The position numbers and the translations under genes were made by a program. Source: Octopus sinensis (lineage: Eukaryota). Taken from it: a stretch of DNA of 64,000 nucleotides. The DNA lies in NCBI RefSeq assembly GCF_006345805.1, contig NC_042999.1:123814001-123878000 (forward strand). The letters are read 5' to 3'. A model generated the notes under the pieces. That model was not told where the DNA came from and did no database searches. It saw only the letters and a list, made by a program, of their open reading frames with translations. The first letter of the stretch is position 1. The number at the start of each line of letters is the position of its first letter. This document shows, piece after piece, positions 1 through 12,560 of the stretch.

Positions 1-1904
1 ATCTTAATACGAACTGTTTAGAGCCACAAAATAAAGTAACAGTAATCCAGGATTAACACAGTTCAACTCAAATTTAAACCATTTTCATAAAAAAAGACAT
101 CTTCTGACTGTTTTCTCACTAGGTTTAAATTAATTGTGTTTACAAATATGATACATTATATTTCACCGAAATGTTGCTTATGACCCACTTTTTTCTTTCA
201 TTTTTGCAAATGTATTGTAAGGAAACATTTAGAAGCCATTTGAAAATGCAAATGCAATTTGTTTTCACATACTTTTGCTTTCAAAATTTATCTTCTACAA
301 CTAAGGATTTTATTAGCAGAAAAAGAAGCAAAGAAAAAAACAAGGAATTATTATAAAATGAAAAACATGTGTGGTCAAGTCAAATTATACTTATATGTCT
401 AATATAAGTAAGAATATCTCCAACAAAATTCTATGTCTATTTAAATATTTTATATGTATGTGAATCTCAGAAGACAAGACTATTTGGCGCTAGTAAATTG
501 CAAATTTTAGTAGTTACTTTTAGAAACGAAGCTTAATATTCACCAAGAATATATTTCTGTGAGACTGTCTCAGCTGTAGAAAAGAGAGAATATAATTGAT
601 AAGTTGCTTTATTTAAAATAGTATATTTCTAATTTCAAAATTCAGTTCATATTTTAGAAGAAAAAAATTGGGAAATGTTGTCAATAAAGTGACACCAATT
701 TGCTATAATGAGATAAATAAAAATAAAATCATTCTCCAAATTAGCTTTCCTTTCTATAAATCAAATAAATAGCTTGTTATTTTTAGATGGTTGTAGGTGG
801 AAACTTTAACTTTGGTGTTACATTGAAGATTTTCTAGAAATTTTTACTTTAAACTGAACAAAGCTATGAATATACATGTACAGGCACATGTATTTGGGAT
901 GTATTTTCAAGTTCTACTAATTATCGATTTAGAACATTATTACCATCCATTTTACATATTTTGTACTATATATAAACATAATTTTTGGTCATTTAAACAT
1001 TTAACATTTTATTTATAAAACATCATTCAAATTTACCTTCAGTATATTTTGTTTGAATATCTATGGTATATCATGTTGGTGCATCAGTATGCATGCATGT
1101 GCATATGTATGTTTTTATGTATGTATATACATATGTATGAATATGCAGGATTTTTCTTTGAGTTTTATTTGAGTTCTTCTTGAGAGGATTCAAGCCAGTC
1201 ACTAATAAAGCTACAAGACTTTTTGAGTTAAGAGAGTTCCCGTTGTTTATAAATATGTGGTTGAGTTAGTGTGTTGGTTGAATTGTCAAGGCATACACCC
1301 AAGTGTGTGCATCTATTTACATAAGAATCTCAGATGGCGGACTTTTGGAATGTCTTACAAATCTGCATATATATGTAAATAACCCCCTTCAGTCATGAAT
1401 GAGCATGGGATTGTGTCTAGAAAGTTCCCTTCCAAGGCACAACTCCAGAAAAGGTTGTTTATGGAAGACCAGCTGTTGCCCATGCATACCAGCCTCCCCT
1501 CTGCCCACTATCGATGTTGTCCAAGGGAAAAGCAAAGGCCAATATAGCTTGGCACCATTTAAGTCACAATTCATTTTCACAGCTGAGTGAACTGGAGCAA
1601 AGTAAAATAAAGTGTCTTGCTCAAGAACACAACACACAGCCTGGTCCAGGAATGAAACTCACTATCTCGTGACTGTGAGCTTCTGTGTGTATGCTTGTTT
1701 GTATGTATGTAGTGAAATATGTGCATGCTTGGGCTGACATTCGTTATAAGACTGAAAGCGCATAGATGGAGACTGTGTGGAAGCCTGTTGGCTGGACAGG
1801 ATTTTTGAGTGAAAGGTCTAATCTTGTTATACTGTGTTATACTGATTCCTTTTCAAAATATATGATGCATACTTAAACACTTCTACCAAAAGTCCCACTT
1901 GTTG

Positions 1905-2265
1905 CAGTGTGATGGCTTGTGTACCTCAATGAATCTGAGAGCTATACCAGCAGAGCACAAGCTCCTAATAGAGCTGTCCAAGTTGGACAGTGTGATGGCT
2001 TATATCCATGCTGGACTGGTCAAAAGATAGATGCTATTCTGATATGGACCAACTCTTCTCAAAGGTAAAAATAGAATGGCATAAAGCGAACACGCATCTC
2101 TAAAATTAAGGATAGTTACAAAAACATCAAAGACAATTCAGAACCAACAAGATGTGGGAAAGGAAGGATCCAACTGGAGGGAAGCAGGTAAGAAATTCCA
2201 GAGAGCAGTGGAGTAAAGTCATCAATGGCCTATGCTCCACAGAGAGTGAAAGGCTTTACTAAGAA
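1905..2265 (+). mobile_element. Decayed RTE-type LINE fragments (5' UTR-like block followed by 3'-end-like block)
   Basis: GATGGCTTGTGTACCTCAATGAATCTGAGAGCTATACCAGC resembles RTE 5' UTRs; GTCATCAATGGCCTATGCTCC resembles LINE 3' coding ends. Recalled similarity only. Confidence 0.45.
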
Positions 2266-2545
2266 TACTAAGCTACGTTATAATTCAATGAGAAAACAGA
2301 TCAATTCATTAAACAAGAAATCTTGAAATAAAACTGAACAATAACTTACATACATACAAACATGCATACATATACTCATACATACATACATTAATATACA
2401 TACATACATACATACATGCATGCATACACACACACACACATTAATATACACAGAAGAGTATGATGATATGAATGAAATTTGGTTGTTATAAATCATAGAT
2501 CAAAACAACCACACGGAGGTTCCCTTAATATCATATTATTCACAG

Positions 2546-2716
2546 GGGTAAAATGTACATGCATAGGATATTTATTTACACCTGGTTTTATTGGAGCAAG
2601 TGGAGTTTTAAATGCATTGGCAGATGTGCCAGTAACAAGATATACTTCTTTGACTGATAAGTTGGCAAGTCACCAAGTTGAGCAGCTGCAGTATTGAGGT
2701 ATTTTAAAATATAACG
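2546..2716 (+). CDS. Candidate isolated exon (171 nt, phase 1-1), unknown product, contains in-frame TGA at 2695-2697
   Basis: Acceptor tattattcacag|G and strong donor AACG|gtaagt. Reads (G)VKCTCIGYLFTPGFIGASGVLNALADVPVTRYTSLTDKLASHQVEQLQY*GILKYN. No homolog recognised. Confidence 0.3.
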
Positions 2717-3899
2717 GTAAGTGTCATATACTGGATGTTGTTTCTCTAAGAATATAAAATAAATATAGATACTGTTTGGTCTTAATTACAACTAATCAAT
2801 GAATATATAAAAATGGTCATCATTAGTTCATTGGAGAATATCCACATTAAATAAAGAATTAATTAACCAGATTGACATATGTGATTTGAGCACATGTTGA
2901 AATGACTGCTGCTACAATTCACTAGACACATGCATGCATGCACGCACACACACACACACATACACACACACATACATACATACACACATGCATGTATATA
3001 TATATATATAAGTGCATATGCACTCATATATGTGTGTGTGTGGAGAGAGAGAGAGGAAGAGGAGGAGAGAGGGAGAGAGAGGCCGAGAGAGAGGCCAAGA
3101 GAGGCAGAGAGAGGAAGAGGGGGAGAGAGGAAGAAGGAGAGGAAGAACTAGAGAAGAGCTTGATAGATAGATTGATAGAAATGTGTATATAGTCTGTCTC
3201 TCTCGCATATATGTATATATACATGTGTGAGTGTGTGCGTGTGTGTATAAATATATGTATGTATAAATGTGTACCTAAGCATATCTATGCAGTAATATTG
3301 AGTTCTCCCAAGCTTAGAGGTAGTAGTAGTACTACATACGGCTTGTCCATAGGTTCTAAAATTTTAAGCTTTTCCCATTCCTCTGTGATAGAAAGAGAGA
3401 GAATGCTTCAAAATCAAGTCTCAGTAAAACCATGGACAAAGAGAAGTGAAAGCTGTAGCTGAAAAGGAACACTGCAAGCCACTAAACATCGTGGAAGGAA
3501 AACCCAATTTAAAATAAACCCAAACTTCTTATGGTTTCTTTGTGGCTGAGTGACACACACCAAAGTTCAGGGAAATAGGAACACCCAAGGTCCCAAGTTC
3601 AAGCGACACTAATGGTGGCATTTCAAAAACTTCAGAAAGACACCAATGTGTCACAACCTAAGTAGGTCTGATTCCCTTAGAGTGTCAGGAACTAATGAGT
3701 TGGAACACTTGCTTGATGAGAGTTCTGAAGATTTCTCCTTATGTTTGCTTGTTTCATTGTGAGTTTCTTCTTAAAATCATTTCAAACTTCAAAATATTCT
3801 GTGGGTGAGTTTTATACTTGAATAATTTTTCTAGCTATAGATGCCCATTTTACTGAAACTCTCAAACTACAGACTAGTGGAATCATTAGAATATCATAT

Positions 3900-4059
3900 G
3901 CGCAGGCATGGCTGTGTGTTAAGAAGCTTGCTTCCAAACTACATGGTCCCAGGTTCAATCCCATAGCGTGGCACCTCGGGCTAGTGTCTTCTACTATAGA
4001 TGCAGGCTGACCAAAGCTTTGTGAATGGATCTGGTAGATGGAAACTGAAAGAAGTCCAT

Positions 4060-4093
<34 letters not shown>

Positions 4094-4350
4094 TGTGTGT
4101 GTGTGTGTGTGAGTGTGTGTGTATTTTGTGTCTATATTAGTCCCCCACCCCCGTCACTACTTGACAACCAGCATTGGTGTGTTTACATCCATGAAACTTA
4201 GCAGTTTGGTAGATGAGACCAAGAGAATAAGTACTTGGCTTACAACGAATGAGTTCTGAAGTCGATTTCTTTGACTAAAACCCCTTTAAGGCAGTGCTCC
4301 AGTATGGCTGCAGTCAAATGACCGAAACGTGTAAAAGAGTAAAAGAATAA
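3900..4350 (+). mobile_element. Full-length SINE family A (tRNA head, CORE-like block, (TG)n, GTAAAAGA-repeat tail)
   Basis: GCAGGCATGGCTGTGTGTTAAGAAGC head, CCTCGGGCTAGTGTCTTCTACTATAG core, CTCCAGTATGGCTGCAGTCAAATGACCGAAAC..GTAAAAGAGTAAAAGA tail; many copies in the window. Confidence 0.9.
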
Positions 4351-4778
4351 CACCTTGCAGTGTTCATTTAAGATCTTTGTGATACATACAAATGCTATGG
4401 AGACCAACTTTGCCATTCATCCTTTTAGGTGGGATGAATTAAGTACCATTCTGTTCTAGTACTGAAGTCAGTTTCTCTTCCATTCACTTTCAGTTTGAAA
4501 TAAATCCACAACGGAAGTTCTTGTGGTGGTCTTAGTGGCTGAGTGACACACATCACATTTGAGGGAAATAGGATCACCCAAAGTTTCAAGTTCAATTCCT
4601 CTCTCTCTCTCTCTTTCTCACCTTCTTCTCCTCCCCCTCTCTCTTTCTCACCATCTCTCTCTTTTAGTTTTACTCTGTATTGTTTTGTACCTGTCATTCA
4701 AAGGCCCAGCCTTGTCACACTATTTCACACTGATTTGGCCTGAGAGTTACATTATAGGTATATGTGTCTTTGTAAAGG

Positions 4779-4865
4779 TGAATGGCTCAGTGGTTAGAGC
4801 ACCAGTCTCATAATCATGAGGTAGTGAGCCCAATTTCCAGACCAGGCTGTGTGTTGTGTTCTTGT
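4779..4865 (+). mobile_element. tRNA-Met-like SINE head (family C-related fragment)
   Basis: TGGCTCAGTGGTTAGAGCACCAGTCTCATAATC: A-box plus a CAT anticodon-like loop; continues into GTGTTGTGTTCTTG as in family C; no complete cloverleaf. Confidence 0.6.
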
Positions 4866-4999
4866 TTTTTTTTCTTTGTCTTTTCTTTAATTTGTTTTGT
4901 TTTTTAAATCTGTCAGAAATCATTCTCATTTTATAACATGAAAATCAATGGGAAAATTAATTTTGCATAACAACAAGATTTTCTGGGAGCACATTAATC

Positions 5000-5995
5000 C
5001 CAAGACATGAGGGATTCTCAATTCACTTTCCATTATTCCATAATAGTGTTGTCTACTGTGATGTATGAAAATATTTCATTACATTTCCAAAGCATGGCCA
5101 GTGCTATAAATCCACAGTATCCCCAAAGAGTACTATATCAAAATCTAACAAGATATATGGCATTACATCTTATGAGACTCCTACCAATTGTTTTCCTGCA
5201 TATCAAACATGGCCATCTCTCAAATGGTGGTGAAGTCCTGACTTCTTTCCTACTCACTAAAACGTTTGCTTTTACAGTGTTTACTATGAAGCTTTTTAGT
5301 TCTTGATGTTACTGACACATCTGAAATCTTTGACAGATTTTTCTACGGGATCTAGATCAACATCATATCAAAGTTTCCATAGAAACCTGGACATAAAAAA
5401 TTCTGCTCTGATACAAGCTGAGTACCAAAGTAATAGACACTTGTGTGCTAAGTTACTTGCTGAACACATTGGTAACTCTAACCTTGCTGACAGCATCTCT
5501 GTACAGGGGTTGCATGGCTCTCACAAGCACTTCATTCACACCCAGTTTTTTAGTTTTCTTAAAGATCACTAAACAATGGAGGCCTTTTCCACTTCCAGGA
5601 ATGCAAGATTGAGTGACTTGTTATTCGCTAAAAACTTCTCCATTAGATGTTGCACTTGGAAGATAGCATGAGTGGCACACTGTCTTGGCACAAACCATGT
5701 CACCTTTGGTGCCACTGAACCTTACTTCATTCCCGGATCTGATCTACTAGAAATTCCTAGTTGTCTACATAATAAGTCTCTATCTCCTTCCCTACTTCAA
5801 CATATATGGCATTTAGCACTTCTTTGAGCCTATGTCTGGCCGAGGGGTGTTTCAGCTTCCACATGTTCATCTTCCAGAATGTCTTGTGCCTCTGCAACCA
5901 TCAAGCGCATTCATATAAAGCTAATATTATTTACACACATAACCTGTTGTCTTGTATTCTATTTGCAGATATCCTTAAAGGTTTACTGCACTGAG
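5000..5995 (+). mobile_element. Heavily decayed LINE reverse-transcriptase remnant (CR1/L2/Jockey-like, uncertain)
   Basis: Fragmented frames with weak RT-like motifs (an AFDRVW-like stretch near 5815-5850; LFAD at a YADD-like position near 5960); many stops. Confidence 0.35.
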
Positions 5996-6885
5996 GTAAT
6001 ATTGATCTCTTTGTAAGTAGGGAGACTAATACTATCTAAGAATCTGTATTGAAAGAGCTTACTTTCTGCTCAGATGTTATTTTTTCATCATCTCAGCTTG
6101 TACCAAAGACTATAAAACTTTTGCACTGATGTACCAGTGATAGTAACAATAGATTTTAGTTAAATAGTACAATGTGAAGAAAGAAATAACAGTATATGTT
6201 AGCAAATAAGTACAAAAAGCTAGCAAATTATTAATTTTTTACAAGATTATGGTCTTTTTACAGCTCATCAAAAATTTCCTACAAATTCTAACAGCATTTC
6301 TCTTCTGCTCTGGTCATAGACTAAGTTACAAAAAGATGTAAAAAGCATGAAATCCATTGAAGATTGTATCCACTAAAATGATTTCCCATGTGATCTCCAG
6401 ATGCAAAGAAAGGAAGAATGCTTGCAAAAAATCTTACTGCACAAACCATACACAGTTCTACAATCAGTGACGAAAGAAATACTGCCAGATGGAGAATGTT
6501 GGCTTAATTATAATTACTATGCTTTTCTGTAACTACCATAATGTTGCTTTTTTTTTTTTTTTGACCACTTAGAAAATATCTGGTAGAGTGTGACATTTGT
6601 ATGCTCTCCCAGACTGTTGACATTGATGTGGTTAATGTTTAATTAGAACATCTGTAAATCAGTGCCAAGGTGGGACATAATTGCATAGTGTAACAGATCT
6701 TGGCAAAAAGAAATTGACCAAAAGTTTAGCATGGAATCTAGAATCTAACAATTGTGACAGAGTAAAAAAAATGTAAGGCAAAGAAATTGGCATGCTGATT
6801 GGACCAAAGCAAAAGCATAGCTAGGCAGTTCAGAGAAGAAGAATCCATAGTAGAAGAAACAAAGAGAAGAAATATCGTCTTCATC

Positions 6886-7294
6886 TCTTTTATCTTTTAC
6901 TCTTTTACTTGTTTCAGTCATTTGACTGTTACCATGCTGGAGCACTGCCTTTAGTCAAGCAAATCGACCCCAGGACTTATTCTTTGTAAGCCTAGTACTT
7001 ATTCTATCGATCTGTTTTGCCAAACCACTAAGTTACGGGGATGTAAACACACCAGCATCGGTTGTCAAGTGATGTTGGGGCGGGGGGCAAACACAAACAC
7101 ACAAATATATACACACATATATACATATACACGACAGGCTTCTTTCAGTTTCCATCTACCAAATCCACTCACTAGGCTTTGGTCGGCCTAAGGCTATAGT
7201 AGAAGACACTTGCCCAAGGTGCCATGCAGTTGGACTGAACCTGAAACCATGTGGTTGGTAAGCAAGCTACTTACCACACAGCCACTCCTACGCC
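6886..7294 (-). mobile_element. Full-length SINE family A
   Basis: Reverse complement of the family A structure, from tail (cttttactcttttacttgtttcag) to head (cttaccacacagccactcctacgcc). Confidence 0.9.
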
Positions 7295-7596
7295 TTCTTG
7301 TCAATGATATGTTGATGTGCAACTCTTTGACAATAAACTAAATAGCCTTCCTTTGTCTGCAGCTTAGTTAGGATGCTTGTGTGTATAGCAGACATTATTT
7401 ATGTAAACATTCAGTTACTGATTAAGAGTAAAGTATTTTCTGGCTCTGAAGACACTAACTAATATTCGAGTCGCAACATTGGCAAGAATTATCACTATGA
7501 CAATAGCATGAGATTATGAACCCTTACATTTTAAAAACTTTGGAAGATTTAATTATGTACTGTTCATATATAGAAAAAGTATGGTACAGAAGTGCC

Positions 7597-7823
7597 TTAA
7601 CGTTTTAGTATTTAAACCAGCCATATCTGGCCAAAATATTCTACCTGTTTTCAGTTCAAACTGACCAGATCCTGCCTCTCACACCTACCCTACAATGTCA
7701 TTCTAAAAATAAACAGTCACATCATTGAAATCTCAAAGCTACAAGATAATGCATGAGTAATTCCAAGCAATGTAAATAATAAGCTTTACATTTGACAGAA
7801 TAATTTGAATGTTAAAGAGTTAA
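7597..7823 (+). mobile_element. TTAA-flanked (piggyBac-type) MITE
   Basis: TTAA at both ends with decayed short TIRs; opposite-orientation homolog at 43937-44160. Confidence 0.75.
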
Positions 7824-10800
7824 CAGCACAATAGTCCCTCGGGCAAAGCAATATACACAATCAAAGCATACATAGATTAGGAATGGGTTGAAATGAGTCC
7901 TATACACATGTGGGGCTCAAATATCTTCCCATTGTGCCCATGCCATAAGATAGCACTCTGTGGTGCAAGGCTATTTTGTTGATACATGTAGCAACTTTAT
8001 CATGGTAATAATTTGGAAGTCTTGCTGACTTTGTGCCAAAATTTGAAACCAATAATTAGAAAGTCTAGCTTATCATGTCTTCCATTGAAGGATATCTTCA
8101 TAGAGGCAGTGCACAAGTAGCATGACATGTCTGGTTTAAATATAAATAATGCTTGTGTGCTATGTATTAAAAATCAATGAAGGATAGTGTCTGAATTGAG
8201 TGTATGAGATAATAAGCAGGTTATTAATATACATATGGAAGATTATGGAGAACATAACCCATACTTCAGGTAGATTAGTGTTTGATTGACTTGTGAGAGT
8301 CATGTCAGTGCATGTAACAGAGTAGTCTGATGCAAGTGGTGAATGGCGGATGTTTTTATTGTTTCCATTGCCTCATTTCAGTCCTGATCAAGCAGAACTA
8401 TGATCAAAGTTATTTCATCTCATTTTTTTCCAATTACAGGGAACCCTGGACTACATTGTTCACATTGTTTAATGTAACTTTCCTATGATGGTGAAGCATG
8501 ATTAAAGGAGATTTGATTGCTATTTCTTGCAACATGCATGTGAGCATCGATAGCAGCTGGGCATGCCATTAAACAATAAACAGAAGAGGTGAATGCATAA
8601 GTATATTTGCGTGGATCTAAATGGACAACATCTGTTTGGTGAAATAGTACTGTATGCCAACAATGTTGACTACCCATGACAGGAAATGACCAAAAATAAT
8701 ATGGAAAGAAATAATGAGACCCGAGCTCAACATGTTAAACCTCACAGGGAAGACACAGACAAGATTAGAATATCAAAATACCATACTCCAGACATTTCCA
8801 ACTTATTCTAGGACAGTAAATGAGTATGAAAGCATCAAAACATCAATGGCAATGATAATCATAATGATAATCTAGTTTCAACTCCTATTTGAGACTATTT
8901 TGCATGCTACATATATGACTAATGTCTTTAGAAAAAGCACCACATTCTTCCCCTTAAGTGGAGAAAGCAACGGAAAACCATTCCTATGTACTCTTCATGA
9001 CACACTATAACAGTGTCAGAGTAAGCAATGTCTTGAAATGCTACTTTTTAAAAACATGTTATATTTACTATTCTCTAAGCTGTGCTTATGGATTAAAATT
9101 AAGAAGAGATTTAAATTTTGTTGAAGCACTTGGGATTATTGTAAAACTTTTATGGCTACAAGATATTGGTTTTAGACTACAAATATCACTAGAGCAATTG
9201 TGTCCCTAGGCAAATCTCATAGCTTGCCTTAGTTTGTATTACGGACAACAGATTACACCCCTGCTTCATAACTGAACTGACTTGTTTAGAGTGGGCAGAG
9301 TTTAGAACTGTATACACAGCTGTTCAAAAAGCATGCAAATATTCAAAGTTACACAAACAATTACTCCTTTGCTAATACAGTATAAATGGATGTGAAACAA
9401 AAAGAAAGACAGGCACTTGAGTTCAATCAAAGCAATGTAATTTTTCTAAGCAATTGACGTTGTATTTGATCTGGTGAAACTTTGGTCAATTAAAGCTAGA
9501 TGCACTTCATATAAAATATGTCTTGTCTATCATTTATTTCATCTACTTTTGTAATGCTTATGAAGAAAACGATATTGATTCAACATTATCTAACACCCCT
9601 AAATACTTAACATGAAATGATTTGTAGCTTGTTCTGGAGACTCGCTGTTGTCCTAATCAACATAGGCACAACATCAGCATGAAGCAATAAATGTCAAAAC
9701 TAATTGAAGTTAGTCTTACCATATCATGAAATGAAAAAGAATTCCTTATAGAAGGAATAATTACAGTTCTTAGTGGAATGCTTCTGCATTATTTAATCTG
9801 TTCACTTTTAATTCTTCAGATATTCACTTCTTTTATGTGTTGTTGCTGGGCAATTATTAAAGCATTTATTTTAAGTTCAAATCGACCTTTGGAATAAAGG
9901 TTTAAAGGAAATTCGGTATTAACTAATAAAGCAGATCTAGTGCAAAGAATATTTCTTGTAACATCCAAACAAGATGCTAAAATAGTTATTGAAATGAAGC
10001 CAAGAAGTAACTTAGCAACCTTGCTCAGAATGCTGGTATGAAGTGTTAAGTACAAGGACAGGTAAAATGACTAAATATCAAAGACTTTAGCCAATACTTG
10101 CATGTGATATTCATTCATTCATTCATTTAAAAATTCAACATTAATGGATGTTACATGCTCCATGCAAAAAAAGGCACCAAGTTAACGATGAGTTGTCTTT
10201 ATGATGAAAGTAGCCCAAAGAGGGTTTGGTAGAAAGTGGAAAGGGCAGTTCCTAAAAATTTGGGGTTTCACAAATCTGAAGACAGGACTGAGAAACATGA
10301 ATAAATACTACAGTATAGACCAGCCAACCCATTCCTGTTGAATATGTTCACTAATACGATGATGCAGTAATAATGTCAACAAAAATAAGATTTGCTATAG
10401 CTCCAGGGGAGACCTGAAATTAAGAAGATAGATATTTAATTAAAGATATTTCAACAACTATCTTTCAATAACTATGCCCTACCTTAATAGAAACAAAAAA
10501 TAACAATGGTAGGTTTGATCTCTATTTCTAACAAGGTGACTAATCATATAGAGATTTCCCTACTGGCCTGAATAATATAGTGGGGGTAGTGGTGGTGGCG
10601 GCGTCAGGAGCAGTGGTGGTGGTAATGATGTTGCTGTGGTGGTGGTGGTGATGGTGGTGGCAATGATGATGATGATGTTGTGATGATTAAGGTCATCATA
10701 AGTTTTGATAATGATTTTAAATGGTGTTGAGCTTTTCCAGAAAATATCTTAACCATTTTTAGTGTAACTGAAGAATTAACTCTGCTCCCACTCTCTGATT

Positions 10801-11340
10801 AAATTATTGACATAATGAAGAGCATACCAATTACAAAAATTTGACAAATGTTTGTAATTAACAAAAATTCCCAGGCATTGAAAATGTTGAAGTACGATCT
10901 AAAAAAGGAAATCTTTTGAATTACCATTTTAACTAGCAACAAAATTAGAAATACTTTATTTTTAATAAAACAATGTTTACATCTTCCACATTTAATTATG
11001 ATGGCACATTCTTTCAACATCATCATAATTAACACCATGACTGTTAACACGACCACCACCACCAACAACAACAACAACAGACTCTTCATTAACATGGCCA
11101 TTATCATCTTTAGTTTGAATTCCTGCATCTAAATATTTTGGCATTCATTTCTGAAGTAGCTTGGCGGTGTGATTATGAAGCCTGATTCCTAACCACATGG
11201 TTTTGGATCCAACCTTACTCAGGCATACCTAAAGCAAGAGTCTTCTATAATAATTAATAACCTTGGGCCAGCCAAAGCCTTGTTAGTATATTTGGTAGAC
11301 AGCCCTTCTTGAATATATACTTATATATGTGTATACACAC

Positions 11341-11462
11341 ACACACATATACATATATATGTATACATACATACATACATATATATATATATGTATACAT
11401 ACATACATACATACATATATATATATATGTATACATACATACATACATATATATATATATGT

Positions 11463-11515
<53 letters not shown>
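11341..11515. repeat. Compound (TACA)n/(TA)n microsatellite with about 30-32 bp higher-order period
   Basis: The unit gtatacatacatacatacatatatatatatat recurs about 4 times. Confidence 0.85.
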
Positions 11516-11516
<1 letters not shown>

Positions 11517-11539
11517 CTAAAATACGAAAATGGGACAAG

Positions 11540-11920
11540 AACGCAAAACATCCAGACAGGTGAAACAAAAAAGGGGCAACAAAATATCCAGACTGATGAT
11601 ACAAGGAAAACAAGAATGGATCATTTGGTGTTTTCTATCCTCAGTCGAGTTCCAGATTATCTTTGCAATTTCAGCTGGTTATACTCGAGATTGCTCCAGT
11701 CTGACCAGCCCCAAGGAAAAATATGCTAAGAGCATTACATTCCTTGGAAGAAAGCAGCAAATGTATATGAAAGCAAGGACGGCAAAAAACAGACAAATGT
11801 TATACAAATACAAATAACATGACATAATAACAGGTGTCTTTCGACTAAGGACGAATTAAATTAAGTTGGCATGTGTGGAAGTAAAGTCATACAGCAGGGA
11901 CATAAGATTTAACAAGTACA
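11540..11920 (-). mobile_element. Interspersed repeat fragment, possibly Penelope-like
   Basis: Resembles a recalled octopus repeat (ATAACAGGTGTCTTTCGACTAAGGACGAATTAAATTAAG); class not verified. Confidence 0.35.
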
Positions 11921-12089
11921 TGAAGGAATATAGATGTTGCACAGACAGTAGTGCAACCAAGAAAGAAAGGTCAGGCCTGGCTGAACACCAGTCATGTGGG
12001 GAGAGAAGAGAGAGTACCAATAAGTACCAGTTGAGCACTGGAGTTAATGTAATCAACTTACCCCCTCCCCCAAAATTGTTGATCTTGTA

Positions 12090-12560
12090 CTAGAATCTGA
12101 AACCAACATATGGTATAATGTAGCAACAAAACCATCATAAACCAAGGAACCAAGAAACTCTAACACATTCAACACTATGTGAACTAGATATTTCAATGAA
12201 GGGCAACTTAGAACCATGGGAACACAAAATACGAATGATTGATAGTAAACATGCAACATTAAATGTATACTTTCATCATCAGCTACCTATCAGATATCCT
12301 TATGGCTTCAACATCTAGGCAATACCATTCAGTTTGGAAGTGTCATATTTCTAATTATTTAATCAGAAAGAAAAAGCCATGCCTATCACTTTTGCAGTCC
12401 CACACAGACTGGTGAAACTAATGTTCAGCTTAAACATCTGCAAATTTATGATTGCAAGAAAAATCATGGCTGGAACAGAAATCCAGATGATTGTCATTCT
12501 GAGAAGGAAGGATTGAGATAAATGGTTAGATCAGAGGTTGAATGTGAAGTAAGATACAGA
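12090..12560 (+). mobile_element. Decayed RTE-type LINE RT C-terminal remnant
   Basis: Broken translation with a ..NVYFHHQ.. stretch resembling LNxFHxRCLRRIL; multiple stops and frameshifts. Confidence 0.45.

Noticed and set aside
480-573. Strong minus-strand acceptor (tctcttttctacag) with short reading ETVSQKYILGEY*
   Set aside because: No upstream partner exon could be supported and the peptide is too short to evaluate.
4779-4865. tRNA-Met gene
   Set aside because: The acceptor stem and T-arm are not intact and the sequence runs into SINE body; all tRNA-like segments in the window are SINE heads.
5969-5995. 27-nt microexon-like segment (ttgcag|..GAG|gtaata)
   Set aside because: It lies within the probable decayed LINE RT remnant, at its YADD-like position.
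9720-10424. Minus-strand splice-like signals and a 79-aa ORF
   Set aside because: Acceptor and donor pairs give stops or need weak sites; no recognisable product.
11588-11630. CTGATGA..GAAA hammerhead-like core on the plus strand
   Set aside because: Stem II is a single wobble pair, stem III cannot form, and the base after the putative cleavage site cannot pair; probably chance.
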